Shown here one piece after another: positions 47,541-61,560 of a DNA stretch of 64,000 nucleotides. The notes under the pieces were generated by a model. That model had not been told where the DNA came from, did not search any database, and saw only the letters and a program-made list of their open reading frames with translations. The first letter of the stretch is position 1, and each line of letters starts with the position of its first letter. The DNA comes from Dicyema japonicum. Its lineage: Eukaryota; Animalia; Dicyemida. A program made the translations under genes and the position numbers. The stretch covers positions 136,299-200,298 of the forward strand of contig RDEW01000002.1 of NCBI GenBank assembly GCA_011109175.1, given 5' to 3'.

Positions 47541-50279
47541 CAAACAGAATTTATCCAGATTTGATTTTAATTAATTTAATAATGGTTTCCGCAATATACC
47601 GACAGATTATCCGACTAATTGATCTTACTATAAAAAATTGTACAGTAGAGAAGACGGTCAAGATTCTGTCTGCTATCATTTTGAAAGCTAATAAAGTATT
47701 TATACCTGTCGCCTTTTACAAGAAGTTCAATCCAAGATTATCATATTAGATTCCCTTTTTACGTTCATTATGTCGATGTGGACTATTTTACTGATTGTCT
47801 AAAGCTCAATTGTATTTAAGAAAGTTCTTCTGACTTAAAAGATCAAATACGTTCATTTTAGCAAGAAAATGGGATGTCTGGATACAGTCAAAAGCCATAA
47901 CGTACATGAGAACCAATGATTTCTCAGTTGATCTCCTCTGTATCGTATAGGCAACACTACGTGTTAGGTCGACAAGACCATTTGACTAATTATTTAAAGA
48001 TCTTTTAGTAAAGATTTCGATTTTAACTAAAAAATTTCTTATTTAAAAAAAACTACCACCATTTGGCTGATTATTATGCTAAGGTTTCTGCGCTACGTCG
48101 ATTGACTGATAATTTAAAAATTAGTTGTGTTATTTAAAATAAAATTTTTGTGAGATTAAAAAAACTAAATAATTAATTTAAGAATTAATTAAATTATTAT
48201 CTAACGCATTCATTAATTAAATTTTCTAATTTTTCAGACTTATAAATATCTCCAGATTTCAGCATGGACAGTGTTTTCGTGACACAGTGTACTTGATGTA
48301 CAATATCTTTATCCTTCAAAGTTTTTTCAGATGAACTAACTTTCGCCAAGACAAATAAGAATCCTTCAAATTTAGATTAAAATAAACCCAAAAAGACCAA
48401 CAACATCTTGCATCGATCGAAGCAGTTCATTATATATTTTTGAATATTAAATTGCATATAATTTTCAACTTAAATTTCTAATTTATTGGGATGGCTCACA
48501 TTCAGTGTTATTGTTGTTGAGAAACTGGAAGGATAAGCGGGAAATTGTTTTTTTCTAACGAAACTGGGACTTTTAGCTTCATTCAAAAACATGAATTTCG
48601 TGGCTTCCCAGTTGACGTCTGTTGCTATCAAGAGGCAACGCTATATCAAATTATCAGTGAAGATCAATGGATAGATTAAATTTACTATGTAAATTGAAAT
48701 ATTAAATTTAATTCATTAGAATAAATAAAATATTTTTGAACAACCAAAATTTTCACAGAATATATTAAGATTTTTTCTTGGATCAATATTTTTGAAAAAA
48801 CCATTGCTTAGTCCATAGGTTTTAAAGAAATTGGAAAACCCAATCGGCTAGTAAACTAAGTTTTTTGAATTTTTGGTAGATGCTATTTTTATGTAAGTAA
48901 ATTATTTGTTAATATGTAGTTTTTTATTATTATTTTGCAAAACGCAACTGTAAGAAAATCATCTCTGTCGCGGCTGTAACACCATGGACACTCATCAGTG
49001 TCAGATTCCAACGCTCTCCTTTTCATAAGAAATCCATGTCTTGTGCTTAGATTAATTTGTAGATTATTTGTTAAGATTAATTTCAAAAAATTATTGAAAT
49101 TTAATATTGTAATTTAATTTCTAAAATATTTTCAAATATTTAAAAACTTTCAGAAATTTATAATATTCTTTAAATGTATATTTCAACAGACGAAACAAAA
49201 GATAAAGTCTCCCCGGGACTTTCGGTGAACATCGAAGACCTGTGGAGGTCAATGACGATCAGCCTCCCAAAAAAATCGAGATCTGAGTTAATAAACTAAC
49301 TAAATAAATTAGAGATTTAATGCGTGTATATTCCCACTCGGTATTGTAAAGGAAATTCATTTCCATAGACAAAGGAATAGACAGCATCGTTTCTAATATA
49401 TGATTCTCAAAAAGTATTTAGTAGATTTAACTGAAAAGTTCGAAAACACAATAATAATTTTTTTATAAGAGTCGGTTTAACGCTTAATTTCTTATCTGCA
49501 AGGATTATCAAACAACAAATTACATTGTCTCCAGGTAGCTTGGTTTTACATGCGATTATCTTGGATGTTACCCTAAAGCTGTTTCCGCTTTTCTACAATT
49601 CGATTTACTGCGGAAATTTATTTCTGACGAAAATTAAATAAAAAAATAATTCTTTTAGCAATCTCCAATTCTATCCTTGGTCAATCAGTCAGAATGTTGA
49701 AATTGAAAATAACATATATTAAAGTAATACTTCATCGTTTTATGAAAGAGCAAGCTCACTTTCTTCTCGTGAGCATGTTCGAGGTTACTGACTCGGGAGA
49801 AGTTTGAACTAAGGAAACGTTGAGTGTGCGAAACATAATTTAAATGTACTGTTGGAAATGACAGAATTGCTATAGACATCGGTGGATACTTCATTCGGAA
49901 CCGGATCATCTAAAAGGACTCACACGCAACAAGTCGAAGAACATTCATTGGTTTTCTCCATTTCTACGATTAATTACACAATTGTTCTTTACTATAATAA
50001 AGTGTGGCCCTACCCACGTGGAGTTATAAATATTACGGCTCTCATGAAATTTGTTTGTTTGCTGTACACGATTATATGGAGTAATAAATAGTAACGTTTA
50101 GCTTCTTGCACATGTTCTAATGGGCAGAGTGAAAAGAAGCCCATTTAGCGCAGGCATGTTATATTCAAAAGGCTCCAGGACGCAAGATAATTTGAGTATA
50201 CAAGCGGGCCGCACTAACACGGTAATTTTATCTGAAAATCACCGTAATTTTATTTAAATATATTTAATAATTTGTAAGC

Positions 50280-51060
50280 CTACTAAAACGGCTATATTAC
50301 GATAAAGCTTCACAACGCCAAAAATAAGCCTGCTAGGAGCTGATTGAATTGCCGATGGTTGAGAGTATTGCCTTTGATAAAGTTCAGTGATTTGTGACCA
50401 CTGTAAGTACGTGATTAAAATTTGTAGTCTTTAAACCCAAATTTTTATGATTAATAATGCAGTGAAAACACGAAAATGATGAAACTAGATAAGAGTTCCC
50501 AATTTTTGTCTGTAACTTTGCAAAAAACCATTGTTTTGTAAGCCATCTTTGCAGCAGCATCATTAGTCTTCTCAAATTAATCATGGTCATGCAGAATCTG
50601 TTCGACTTATTAAAAGATGCATTCGCTCGTTGTAGTGTCATTCATTAGAGTCAGTTCAATGAGTTCTTCTAAAATATTAAATTCACCGTCACAGGCCCTG
50701 AAAAACTAAAAACTGTGCTATTTCATTGATGTCAACGGTCTCATCAATAGAAATAGAAAAATCTTTAAATCTAGATGATGCAGCTCTCAGCTGTAGTTTC
50801 AAATCATCCTTCCATTTCATCAATCCGTCCAGTATCACTGTGATTTCTGCGGACACAATATCAGCTGTTTTGAACATTCAATGCTTTATGAAATCTTCAT
50901 GGTAAGATTTCCCACCTATGGCGATCATTCAGCTTAGTTCATAGCTTGCATTAACAGAAGTGATATTAACATGCTCGTTGCTGTTCAAATTAGGCTTAAA
51001 TTCTTTGAATCCGAAACTCTCATTATTCCCTCGTATTATCGCAAGATCGGTTAATTTCAT
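50280..51060 (-). mobile_element. hAT transposase remnant (GTF2IRD2/SPIN/Charlie-like)
   Basis: FSISIDETVDINEIAQFLVF, HCII, LNHRQF motifs; frameshifts and stops. Confidence 0.8.
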
Positions 51061-51129
51061 AATTTCTTTTCAGTTGTACTATTTTTGGTAATCAATGGTG
51101 AAGATGTACGCTGCTGAATAACGATTACT

Positions 51130-51265
51130 CACGAATTGGCGGTCAACTCAAAACTGAGACGATTTGAGGATATTCGTAAACGCGCGAGAACAGAGCTAGA
51201 TGGAAAGGGCTGACTGGGAGGATAGTCGAGTGTACGGCACGAGCGAAACCCTAAGTATTCTATGT
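51130..51265 (+). mobile_element. RTE-type LINE 3' end
   Basis: NRARWKGL (A.DR..W-like terminus). Confidence 0.4.
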
Positions 51266-52869
51266 GCATATGGCAACGCGGGAGTTCTATTAGCTAACTA
51301 ACTCTTTTTGGTGTTGCAAAATTTGCATTATTAGGATTATCTTGACTTGGGAGTGAATTGTGATTAGATTTTCAAGAAATCTGTGAAGGATCAAATATGG
51401 AATTATTTAGAAGGCTAACCACTCTAGGGAATATAAGTTGTCATTCGAACAGCTTTCGAGGATGGACTTGTCTATAACACGGGTAGCTTTTGAGTTACAA
51501 TTATGAGTGTACATTATGAGAGATCTTAGAAATCATTGCTTTGTTTCGACACAATTCTGTTTGGGTGAAACGTCCTCATTCAATGTTTATTTTTTTTTTC
51601 AAAAAATGCAATAAAATTTCAAAATAATAAGAAGAATAAATTTTTTAATTTCTTTAGTTTTATAAGAAGACCTTCATTCGTTAGAAAAACTCAAAATTGG
51701 TGAATTTTTGCACCATTTCGTGTTCGGACTGTAATAACATGTACATTTATCAGGTGATGACCAGAAATTAGTGAATCTACTTTGGACGATACAGCGATTC
51801 CAAGAAATATAAAACATCACCAATTAATCAAGTGTCCAGACAATTTTGGTCTATTTTAGTATGAAACAAAGTAGCGTCTAAATAAAAATTAATTTGACTA
51901 TTCAAAGCTATTAAAAGAATTCAATTTCTATTGTTATAAATTAAACCTTCATATTCCCTAACATAGCGAACATATTAATTAAAATTAAATTGCCATATAT
52001 TCAGATGAATTTATATGCCTTAGAAATTTGATTACAACTCCAAAGATTCCAATAATAATGAGTACTACCACAATGAGGGTAATTTCTATTATTTTAGAAT
52101 TTTTATGAGATATAAGACTTATCGCTTCCTTGAATTATTTTAGAATTTTGTGAAAGAGTGAACAATTTTTTTCTTTTAGCTGCATCACTTTCAAAACACT
52201 CAGAATCTAAATTTACCACAAATCAAATTACCATTTCTTATGAAATTTAAATTCGAATCATTCCTAAAAAATGAGCTTTTAATAAAGAGAATTTAGCGCG
52301 AATTTTAGGAAGATTAATTTTAAACATTTGACAATAAAAGTAATCTCCAACATCAACATAATTCGGATTATTATTATAACATGTTCCAATATTTTTGTTT
52401 TTGAAAATAAAAGTTATTTCCGAAATATAATATTTAATTTGTTTCAAATTAAAAATGAAAAATATTTTAATATCGTCTTGATTTAGATGTACCTAAATTC
52501 TATTGTTTTCAAAATCAATTTTTTGAGTTTGACCTTGAATTAAAAAATTTATATATGTCATCTATAATTAAATTTTAAATTTTACAGATTCACTAATGTC
52601 AATATTGATTTCAATATTCCCACTTAATATAGCCAAGAGTCGATTTCCATTCATAAAATACCACATTGGGGTATTTGGGTCGTTAGATGGATTACAGTCA
52701 TTAGATAGATTAAATTATGTAAAAACCTTTTCCATCTGATAGAAAACTTGATCAAAAGCGATATATATGATCTATATAATCATAACTAATTCCATTATGA
52801 AGTATTGCCTATAAAGAAAAACGGTAGATCAAGACAGGTCAACTTTTTTTGGAAAAACCGAAGAGGGAC

Positions 52870-54270
52870 CGCTTATCTTTTTATTTTTCAGAAACGGATG
52901 TAAAAAAAGCACTGATCAAAACAAAGACTACTTATTGCCACGGCCCAGGTGGAATTCCTGTTATCTTACTGAAAAATCTTGGACCAGAGAGGATCAGGAC
53001 ACTTATAAAAATCTATAATTGATCTTTAAGGGAAAATACGATCCCCTCACTATGGAAACTCGCCTACATCCGCCCGATATTAAAGATAGAAAAACCAAAA
53101 AACGACCCAGCATCATTCAGACCGGTATTGTTGGTATCTTCAATGTTGAAAATTCTGGAAAAACTAGTTCTTTAGAAGATCAGAGGAACAATCCCAGAGA
53201 AACCATTCCAACACAGACGGATACCCATTAACAATCTCTGAGTGATTATATTCGCTCAGGGTTCACCAGCAAACTCAGGGACAAAAAGACAATTCTATGT
53301 TCTGTAGACATTCCCAAGGCATTCGACTCCATCCCAAGAAAAAGACTCACCAGGAAAATCTATCAGACGGATATACCTGGGAATTTCAAACTCTAGTCGG
53401 TGAATTTTCTCAGTGGACAAAGAAAACAAGTATGTTTGGGATACCTACAGTCGAGCTCCCGTTTAATTCCAAATGGAATACCCCAAGGATCTCCTCTGTA
53501 CCTTATACTCTTCAATCTTTTCTTGAAAGATATCCCGACTCCGGAGCATGAGGATGACCTTTTACTGGCTTATGTAGATGACATTGTTATTGCATCCAGG
53601 GATCAAGACGTTCAAGTCGCCTCGGAGAGATTAAAATTTATGTAAACTGCTTAATCTACTGGTTAAATAAAAAAAGTATGTCGATCAGCCCGGAAAAATC
53701 GGTTACGTCTCTCCTTACCTCTGATAAGAGAATATCTAACAAAACAGTGGATATAGAAGCAGATGGAAGCAAGTTGCCAATCCAAAAATGGCAGAAGATC
53801 CTGGGAGTAGTATTAGACACCCATATGACTTTTTCACGCCACGTGAAAAATTTTTTAAACAAATTTGAAAAGAAAATAAACCTCTTGAAAGGGATCTTTA
53901 GTTAATGGAAGATCGGAAGTCATCCAGTTATGAAATCACTATACAGCCAGTACGTCGAGCCATCCATATCTAATGCATGTGCATCATAGGGCCCTCAATT
54001 TCTTGGACGAGTGCCCAGAGAATTGAGGCAACAAAAAAAAGAGCGTTTTCGGTGATAGAAAACTGGATCAAAGGCAATCTAAATTTTATACCTTGAAAGG
54101 CCTAATAAGAAAAAAAGAAGGCCAAACTCAACGATGCCAGAGGATTACTCGTCCAATGCGTGCTTGTGTTTAATCGAGGGAGGATCACCGGGCCAAGCTG
54201 AGAGCCCTATCACAATTCGCTAGGATCACATAATTTCTTGTTTTGTCTTTAACTGTGGTCTTTTGGAAAT
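52870..54270 (+). mobile_element. Ingi/Vingi-like LINE RT to 3' end, decayed
   Basis: GPGGIP, DIPKAFDSI, GIPQGSPLYLILFN, LAYVDDIV, SPEKSVTSLLT, KILGVVLD; ends GIT*. Confidence 0.85.
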
Positions 54271-54974
54271 AAATTTTAATTTCGACAAGATCCACATTAT
54301 GGCTTTTAGGCAATGGAAGTAACCTCTCATTATCGCGTTTTATTAAAAAAACTCATACGTTTTCGGGCTAACAACCCTGATGTCTCAAAAGATATCAGCT
54401 GGAAACCGAACAGGTTCCCAATGCCTCGTTACTTCTTGGGTCATCAGGCCTATTGACCGGAACTTGTTACACTGCGCCACCTCTCGCTAAAGTCAATTAT
54501 ATCAAAAAAAGTAATTTTATTTATTAACCAAAAAAATCGACAACTATAAGTGTATTTGAATCTATGCCTTCTTAAATATCAAACAATTTGTAATTCAGAC
54601 TAATGATCCTCCAAGTTCTTTTAATGTTGAGCTGCACTCAAATTGGTCCTGGATACTTTATGAACCTACACTTCCTTGTTCACAACCTCTGGTTCCGATG
54701 TTTTCAGAGTTCGTTACCTCCTCCATTGGCTTTCATCCATCATAAAGTTAATAGATATCTAATGAATAGAAGTAACAACTATGACTTCGATCAATCTACC
54801 GCTTGTCTAATAGAACTTAGACATTTCTGTAATATTAATTTCTTTAAAAATCAAGTTTAATAATCATTTATTTTAATTATTCATTTGAGGTCGTTTTACT
54901 CAAAAAACAGAATATTTCGCTAATTTGCATACATTATTTTCGTCGCCATTCTACACGAACATGAGATTCCAATG

Positions 54975-55060
54975 AGCGCTGCTTGCTATTTGAGCGAATC
55001 TCGCTCGCCATCCTGAGAAAAATGGCCACGCAGCCAGGCTGACTGCTGTATGACCATTTG
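54975..55060 (+). mobile_element. CRE-type 3' tail
   Basis: LFERISLAILR..SHA. Confidence 0.75.
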
Positions 55061-55269
55061 GTTATTCCAACTGATTATTTTATTGTTTTTTTCGTTGATA
55101 TTTGAACTGTCAACCAAAATATTCTTTTACCTTATATCGCTGTCAGTAAGCCAACCTTAATGTTATTATGAAGCTTGCAAATTTTCGATTATGACAAGGG
55201 AAATAACATTACCTAAACGACTGATTCGTAGTTTCCTTTGCTGAGAGTTCTATAAAGTATTTCTAATTT

Positions 55270-55560
55270 TTTCTCAGAGGTCTAATAGCAACAAAGTCAG
55301 TTCCTGCACTTGCCCCTGTCATAAGCAAACTTTCGTGTTCCATCCAGATCTTCTCTTTCTCTTAGGCGTCTTCCGCTGCATGTTTGACAAGAAGGCAAGA
55401 GAGCCTGTGAAGTCCTTTGCAGTTCACAACAGGTCTACAACGTCATGGATATGGCTGGCACAGGTCGATCACGAAACGGGTGGATATCCCAGTTCGGAAG
55501 GCGGACTGTTCCAGAAGGTAACCAATTGACGATGACACTGACCATAAAGTATAATTGTAA
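55270..55560 (-). mobile_element. Second copy of the LINE leader ORF
   Basis: GRRLREREDLDGTRKFAYDRG matches GRRLREEKNLDGLREFAYDKG at 43060-43135. Confidence 0.6.
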
Positions 55561-55722
55561 ACGTTGAAATTTGTGAGAAAATAAATTTTATTAAATTTGA
55601 AAACAATTTTAATATTAAAATTCAAATAAAATTTAATAAAATAAAATTGCACAATAAATTATATAATGTGGCCTAACAAAGTGGATAAAATAATAATAAA
55701 TAAAAATTCAAGTAACAAGTAA

Positions 55723-56744
55723 ATGTACTATATAGACACATTCCTTACAATATCGGATGAAACTAAACTAGCAATATTTAACATTACCCCCCTTGACCTC
55801 CACATTTGTTGGGGTAAGTTCACTCCTTATTGCAGATCTGACCATTAGGGGCAAAATTTTAACAGCAGATCTACTCCGCAGAACCAACATAATTGCGGTA
55901 CTTTTCAGAACCCCACAGTGGATTTTCGAAGTCCAGGTTTTCGCCTTGAAGACTTCACGTTTGAAAGACACTGAGACCATCCTGAGAGTTCAGTATGAAA
56001 TTTCCCCCAAATCGATCAAGTTACTCTCAGACAGGTAATTTGTGGTGGAAATCTCAGACTTATAGTCATATTTCGCCAAAGAGTTCGAATTCACAGCCTC
56101 ACGACGGGATTTAAGCTCCTCTATTCGCAGGAGACCGAAGACAATGCATTGAGTGAGTAAAATATATAATAACTCAGATTCCTACACCCTCCAGACACGT
56201 GGGGATACCTCACTATTCGCCTTTCCTCAGAATGGGAAACTATTAGTGCTGGTATGAGATTGGTTGGAATTGAAAGGATGTGAGTGTGGGGACCGAAATT
56301 AGAACAAAATTGTGTTTTATCGCCCACAAACACCCAGTCGTGAATACCTGCATAAACGACAAGCTCACCCTCATTGCCACCAGTGCTGTCCACGTGGGTA
56401 ATCTAGTAAAACTTAGTCGTCCGTAATCCGTGTATTTTCCCTGGACAATTCCAAGATTATCCACTCTTACAGAATGTACACTCAAGTCAACGATTTGTGC
56501 TTCAATCCTTCGGTCTCTGAGCTTGTGGTGGTTTGTGATAAATCGACTATCAATTTTTTGCCTAAAAGCTACTCTAAGTCATTCGAAAGCATTGCTCATG
56601 CGTTTTATGTGTCCCCCAGCACAGTCTGTGGTATGATTTGTGGTAATCTTAGTGATTTGTTCGGATGGTAATATTTACGAGTGCACTAGCAATTCTGTTA
56701 AGTCGGCGAACTTTATCAATCTCCCGCTGGACCAGTTTTACTAG
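55723..56744 (+). CDS. Divergent PROPPIN (WIPI3/WIPI4, WDR45-like)
   Basis: LLRRTNIIA, IKLLSDR/LIVI, FAFP, AHKHPV..INDKLTLIATSA..SVIRVF, VICSDG; about seven micro-introns; true first exon may lie upstream. Confidence 0.75.
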
Positions 56745-57950
56745 TAAATTTATTTTCTCTAAATTTGTATTCTTATTTAACCCAGTGATCATCAACAAGT
56801 AAGGATTATTAAGATGACAGTGAATTTGTAATGATTTTCTTGTTCCTCCTTCACTGTCCAAGTTCGGAATTGACAGAGTTCGAACCCTAACTCTTCCTTT
56901 GTCAGGAAATTTCGTGGATTCAATTTCTTATGAGTCGGTTATTCATGCCATGCAAACTAATGGGTCTTACCTGTAATATGGCCATGAAACTTTTTACGCC
57001 CACAGTTGTGTTATCGGAAACTGCTAGGAGAGTCAACCGTCTACTTCTCCTTTTCCTAATATTGATACTAACTATGTGTTCGGTCTATGATGAGAAAGTC
57101 ATTTTCTGCGTTCTTTCGAATGTAATTCAGACCTAAAGCCTTTTGCCAATTCTTAATTTCTTCATCCACACGTTAAGAATCAATACCAATGTGATAAACT
57201 TGTGCAAGGGAGAGATTTTCCAAGAGAACTATTCCACCTTGAACGTAAATTAATAAGCAAATAACATTGTTTAGTTATTATCGGGTTGTCCAGATAGAAA
57301 GACGGTCAATCCTAATAATAGACTCAAAAAATCACAGAGTTAGGGCCTTTGGTGATTCTTAAGTCAATCGGGAGACGATGTTTCTAACCCAGTTATGCTT
57401 AAAATCACCAATGTTTCGGCTAAAACTCTGAGTAACCTGGAAGAGGATCATCTATATAAATAATGAATATATATTTGTAACTAATAAACATAATGGGAAC
57501 GTCGATATTGTTTTGAAGGTTAAGGTATTTGACTTTTGTAGATTTCAGTCTACCGATGTATCCTTTCGGTAATTTTGTTAAATCCAGCTTCTTACTCTTA
57601 TTCCGTCTCAAAGTACTTGCTTATCTGTAAGATCACTGAAAAATATAAAAGTTGCCATCTCCAGATTGTTTTTTACTTAAGAGATTATGTCCATGGTGAC
57701 TTCCATCCGTAACCATTAGTAACCAATTAACATTTCGACTGTCATAAGATTGACAATTTGTTCCAAGGATAAAAAATTACTGAAAAAAACTAACCTAAAA
57801 GAACTCCAAAAAAGCCTCAGAATACTAAAAACATAGCCCTCGCATTCTCTCAAACAGATTACTTGTGGCGGGACAGAATAAATTGAATTCACTGTATAAA
57901 TCGAGACATGCGACAAGGAAAACAAAAAACAGAATTTCTACTCAAAAAAG

Positions 57951-59388
57951 TTAAGCCAAATTAAAATCAGTATCTCTTTCAATCTGATGTACCACACCAT
58001 CAACAGTCCTCATCACATTCAAAGTAATCGAAGAAAGGCGGTTGAGCTTGGCCTCGTAACTCTCCTTCGGTTTAAAGTCCACAATCGAGTTCATCCTATC
58101 AATCCTTGCCCACGTGGTCCTATCTATAACCAGCCTAGTCAAATGTTCCTCAGTCTCCTCCTCAGTCAGCTGCAAGATCTCGGCCGCCCGAGAGATTGTG
58201 ATCCGATTGTACCACGTGGCTATGACGGAGATATTCTAAAATCACTAACCAACAAACGTGCTCAATAATTCTCAATCTGATTTTATTTCCCGCTATTCCC
58301 TGACAACCGTTATCAACTTCAAATCGGTGCAGCAGATCTCCAAAGGTGGACGTGAATTCCCTAAAGTCAATAATCTCGAGTTGCAAGAAAATGTCCACAA
58401 TTTGCCTGCAATGAGTCAATCGTTACTTGAATTTAATGAGCGACTCTAATTTTCTTATCTGGTTGATCCTGTTAAGCATGGCCCGCTGTCCACAGTCACG
58501 TGGAGAATGGATAGCGTAGAAGACTGCATTTCGAAGACACTGATGGTCATATTAGACATTACCTTCACCTGATCGACAGGCTCAACAATTTCGAATAAAT
58601 TCAGGTAGAATTCTGCCACTTTTAGGAAGTCTTCCCGCCTCGCTTCAATGTCAGCCATCAGTTTGAAGTATCTGAGCTTCAAATCCTAAAATAAGCCAAG
58701 AAACTTACAATTTCGTCCTTGATGAGTTTGAGGTTCACTTTTTTGCCTGTAATAGCAGCTCTATTGAGGTCGTTGCATTCTATACAGAGCTGGATTTGCT
58801 CGAGAAGGTACTCAGTCATTTCCCTGACATCAATAGAGCAGTAAGTCTCCACTTGGACCTCTATCAGCGTTTTACAAGCCCCTTCGATGTCTCCCATGGA
58901 TCGTTTGATATCAGACAACATTTTCGTGAGCCTCGCCCTCTCAATTTCAACAATGATCTATAAATTTCCCAATCTCACTAACTTTTCCCTCACTGACCGT
59001 AAGAAGGGTCTCAATCAGCTTAATTTTAACCCCAATGGAGTCAATTGACTCCACATAGCTAAATCCCTCCTTTATTAGTGCGTGGATGGCGTGCTTAGAC
59101 TGGCCACGTTTGCGACAAGAGTAGGGATTTGTTGGCATAATTCGTCAAAGTTTCCAGCTTCTTTGAGTAGACGTAGTATTTCTATGATAACACGTGCAGT
59201 TGATTCATTGTCGTTAACAATACGCGTTTTCTTCTCTAGTGCTAGGAGAAGTGCAATCGCCTCGTTGAATTTGCCGTTCTACGATGAATTGGTTCGAATA
59301 CTTGAATTAGAGCTTTAGCTTCGTTTATATTGGTTGTAACTTGATCAGAGTAATCCTCTTTCTTTACATCAGCATCGAGTAGGTCCAT
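57951..59388 (-). CDS. PSMD12: 26S proteasome regulatory subunit RPN5
   Basis: LLALEKKTR, TVSEGK/IIVEIERARLT, VQVETY, RIIEH/NISVIA, ARIDR; one 1-bp deletion near 59115. Confidence 0.93.
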
Positions 59389-60239
59389 TCCAGCTATACT
59401 TTTTTTTAAATTAATAATTATTTTAATAATTTTGAATTATTATTATTTTAATTACTAATTATATTTATCTGAATCGTTACTTTTTTTATTGAGAGGTTTT
59501 TTTATGTATGACATTTGAGAACCTCAAGATCACCAAGAAAAACCACCAATTTAGTGATCTCAGCACGATTAATTCCCCGATCCTCTTTGCGTGATTTTCC
59601 AATGTCCTAGCTGTAGAACGGTATAACCTATGCGTATGCCTACAAAGGAACTTCAATCGAAGTGTTTTTGGACCGATCGATGTTGTCTCATGCATGTGGA
59701 GAAAACTACCTACATTTGTACCCAGCAGATCTAACGTCTTAACATTACTAAGTAACTACCAAATAGTTCGCTTGATAGTCGTCACGAGGCAAAAAAATAA
59801 ATTGTCGTTTTCAGATTTTTTCTGTCAACTTTTTTGTTGAAAGATTTGGCGGTAAAATGCTATGATTTAGTGGTGTTGTCATTGGTTCAACAATGCATGG
59901 TAACTGGTTGAAGTTCTCTTGACGTCTATTATAAGAATTTGTCTAGGAGACCGTTCAATACCAGGATGAAAAGATAAGAGGATTTTTCGCCTTGGTGGGC
60001 TCATAACTTCTTCATATTGGTATTTTAAGGTTTTCGCATCGCCTGGGCAAAGCTGTCGTTCGCGACAATGCTCAGTGTCTCTTGGCATTTGTAACATTAT
60101 TCATTAGAAATGTTTGGTTCTGTTTCCGAATAAAAATACTAGAATATTTCCCTTCCTGAACAAGTATATTCTTGGGATTTTTATGTAAATAATTTTTTAA
60201 GTAAATTTTATCCGCAATCAAACTCAAAATAATAATTAA

Positions 60240-60430
60240 ATACGGTTCCGATTTACTCCTGTTCCGGTCGAGTATCGGGAGCCGTTTGTCCAATGACGGC
60301 TGAGTTCTTGCGCGAACTCGGAGGAATGCTTACCAGAAAGAAAAGGGATCAACGAGAAGGGTTATGGCTGAGATAAAAGATTGGAATGGCCATACTCCGA
60401 GGGAACTCATTCGCAATCCACGCATCTGGC
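60240..60430 (+). mobile_element. CRE-type 3' fragment
   Basis: FTPVPVE..FLRELG...KIGMAILRGNS. Confidence 0.7.
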
Positions 60431-60530
60431 TATTTCAACTAACATTTGTTTTTTTGTTAAATAATTCTCTTTAATAAAAATAATTTAATACCAATTAAAG
60501 ATCTAATTTATGGAAAATATACCATGTGAC

Positions 60531-61008
60531 GCTGGTACCTGGGCCTGCTCAAGAAATGAACTAAAGAGGCTTAATGCGTTTCATAGAGACCAACTACGGC
60601 ATATGATGTTCGAAAGAAGTGATGCGAGGATGTCATCTAATCTTCTCTATAAGAGGACGAAGACCTCAGAAATTTCTAATGAGATTCTGGATACACGATG
60701 GAGGCTTTTCGGCCATATTCTGCGACTGGACCTAGATGCCCCGCGAACGTAGCCATGGAGGATTACTCCATGTTGGAGGCCCCCGTTTCCGTGGTCGCCC
60801 AAGGACGACACTGGCAGTCGTTCTCGACGAGGACCTCAGAGAAATGGGACGGCATCTTGGAAGTGGAGAGGATCTGGACTGGTTGCGCGCTGCGGCTTTG
60901 AATAGGAGGAAGTGGATGAAACTAACCAGTGATTTGCTAACTCGTGTTGCACATGCTTTGTCAAGTCCTATGACATAGCGATAAGTGCTTATAATAATAA
61001 TAATAATA
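60531..61008 (+). mobile_element. Young 5'-truncated RTE-type LINE with (TAA)n tail and 12-bp TSD
   Basis: RWRLFGHILRL, RGRPRTT, ALNRRKW; TSD ATACCATGTGAC at 60519-60530 and 61009-61020. Confidence 0.9.
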
Positions 61009-61039
61009 ATACCATGTGACTCCAACGTTAGTGTTGTAC

Positions 61040-61200
61040 TATGTGGCTACTTGAATTGAAGATTCTTTGTTCTTCTGTTCCTCCTCTTCCCTTTTTGCTT
61101 CAGGGAGCTTGAATTCTTAGCGTCCGTCATGTGGTTCACCATCTCTGGTGGCGGCAGATATAATCCTAAATTATTAATCAACAACCATCAAAAAGGACCA
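61040..61200 (+). mobile_element. Further copy of the LINE/330-bp element 5' end
   Basis: gtggctacttgaattgaag..ttctgttcctcctc..gtcatgtggttcacc..ggtggcgg..aaaaggacca aligns with 47421-47540 (minus). Confidence 0.65.
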
Positions 61201-61444
61201 TTAGTTAACAACCATTCAAAGGAATTCCCCCTGTACGGCACTTCCTTCAAGTCCGAGCATGCGAAGACTGCTGAAGGAGGTCGAGACCACCTTGATTTTT
61301 TTATTCTGACTATGACGATGGTTTTCTGATTCAATAAATATAATTTATCATAGTGAGCTTGAATGGCTACAATAGCCATCGAGATACGCTCTCGAACCCA
61401 ATTTTGGTTGACCGTAAAAATTTGACTTTTAACCTAAAAACTTG

Positions 61445-61560
61445 TGGACAGTTTTTGAACCAGTCGTGGTGGAAATGTCAGAAATCATATGTTTCAATGA
61501 TCCTGCTAAACTGAAAAAATAGAAGAGAAAGAAGTTAAGAAATGCTACCGAGTTAACTAA
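61445..61560 (+). mobile_element. Degenerate CRE RLE fragment
   Basis: FEPVVVEMSEII resembles FEPVAVETTGII at ~560. Confidence 0.4.

Noticed and set aside
57420-57611. RNA polymerase III subunit RPC4 (LPKGYIGRL)
   Set aside because: Lacks the following KSG motif; similarity too short.
59100-59130. Frameshifts in PSMD12, MFSD1 (~17855), TSC22 and BET copies as pseudogenisation or programmed frameshifting
   Set aside because: They are mostly 1-bp changes in short homopolymers within conserved genes, typical of long-read consensus errors; raw reads are needed.
59880-60100. Penelope GIY-YIG remnant (RRPFNTRMK)
   Set aside because: No GIY or YIG motif recognisable.
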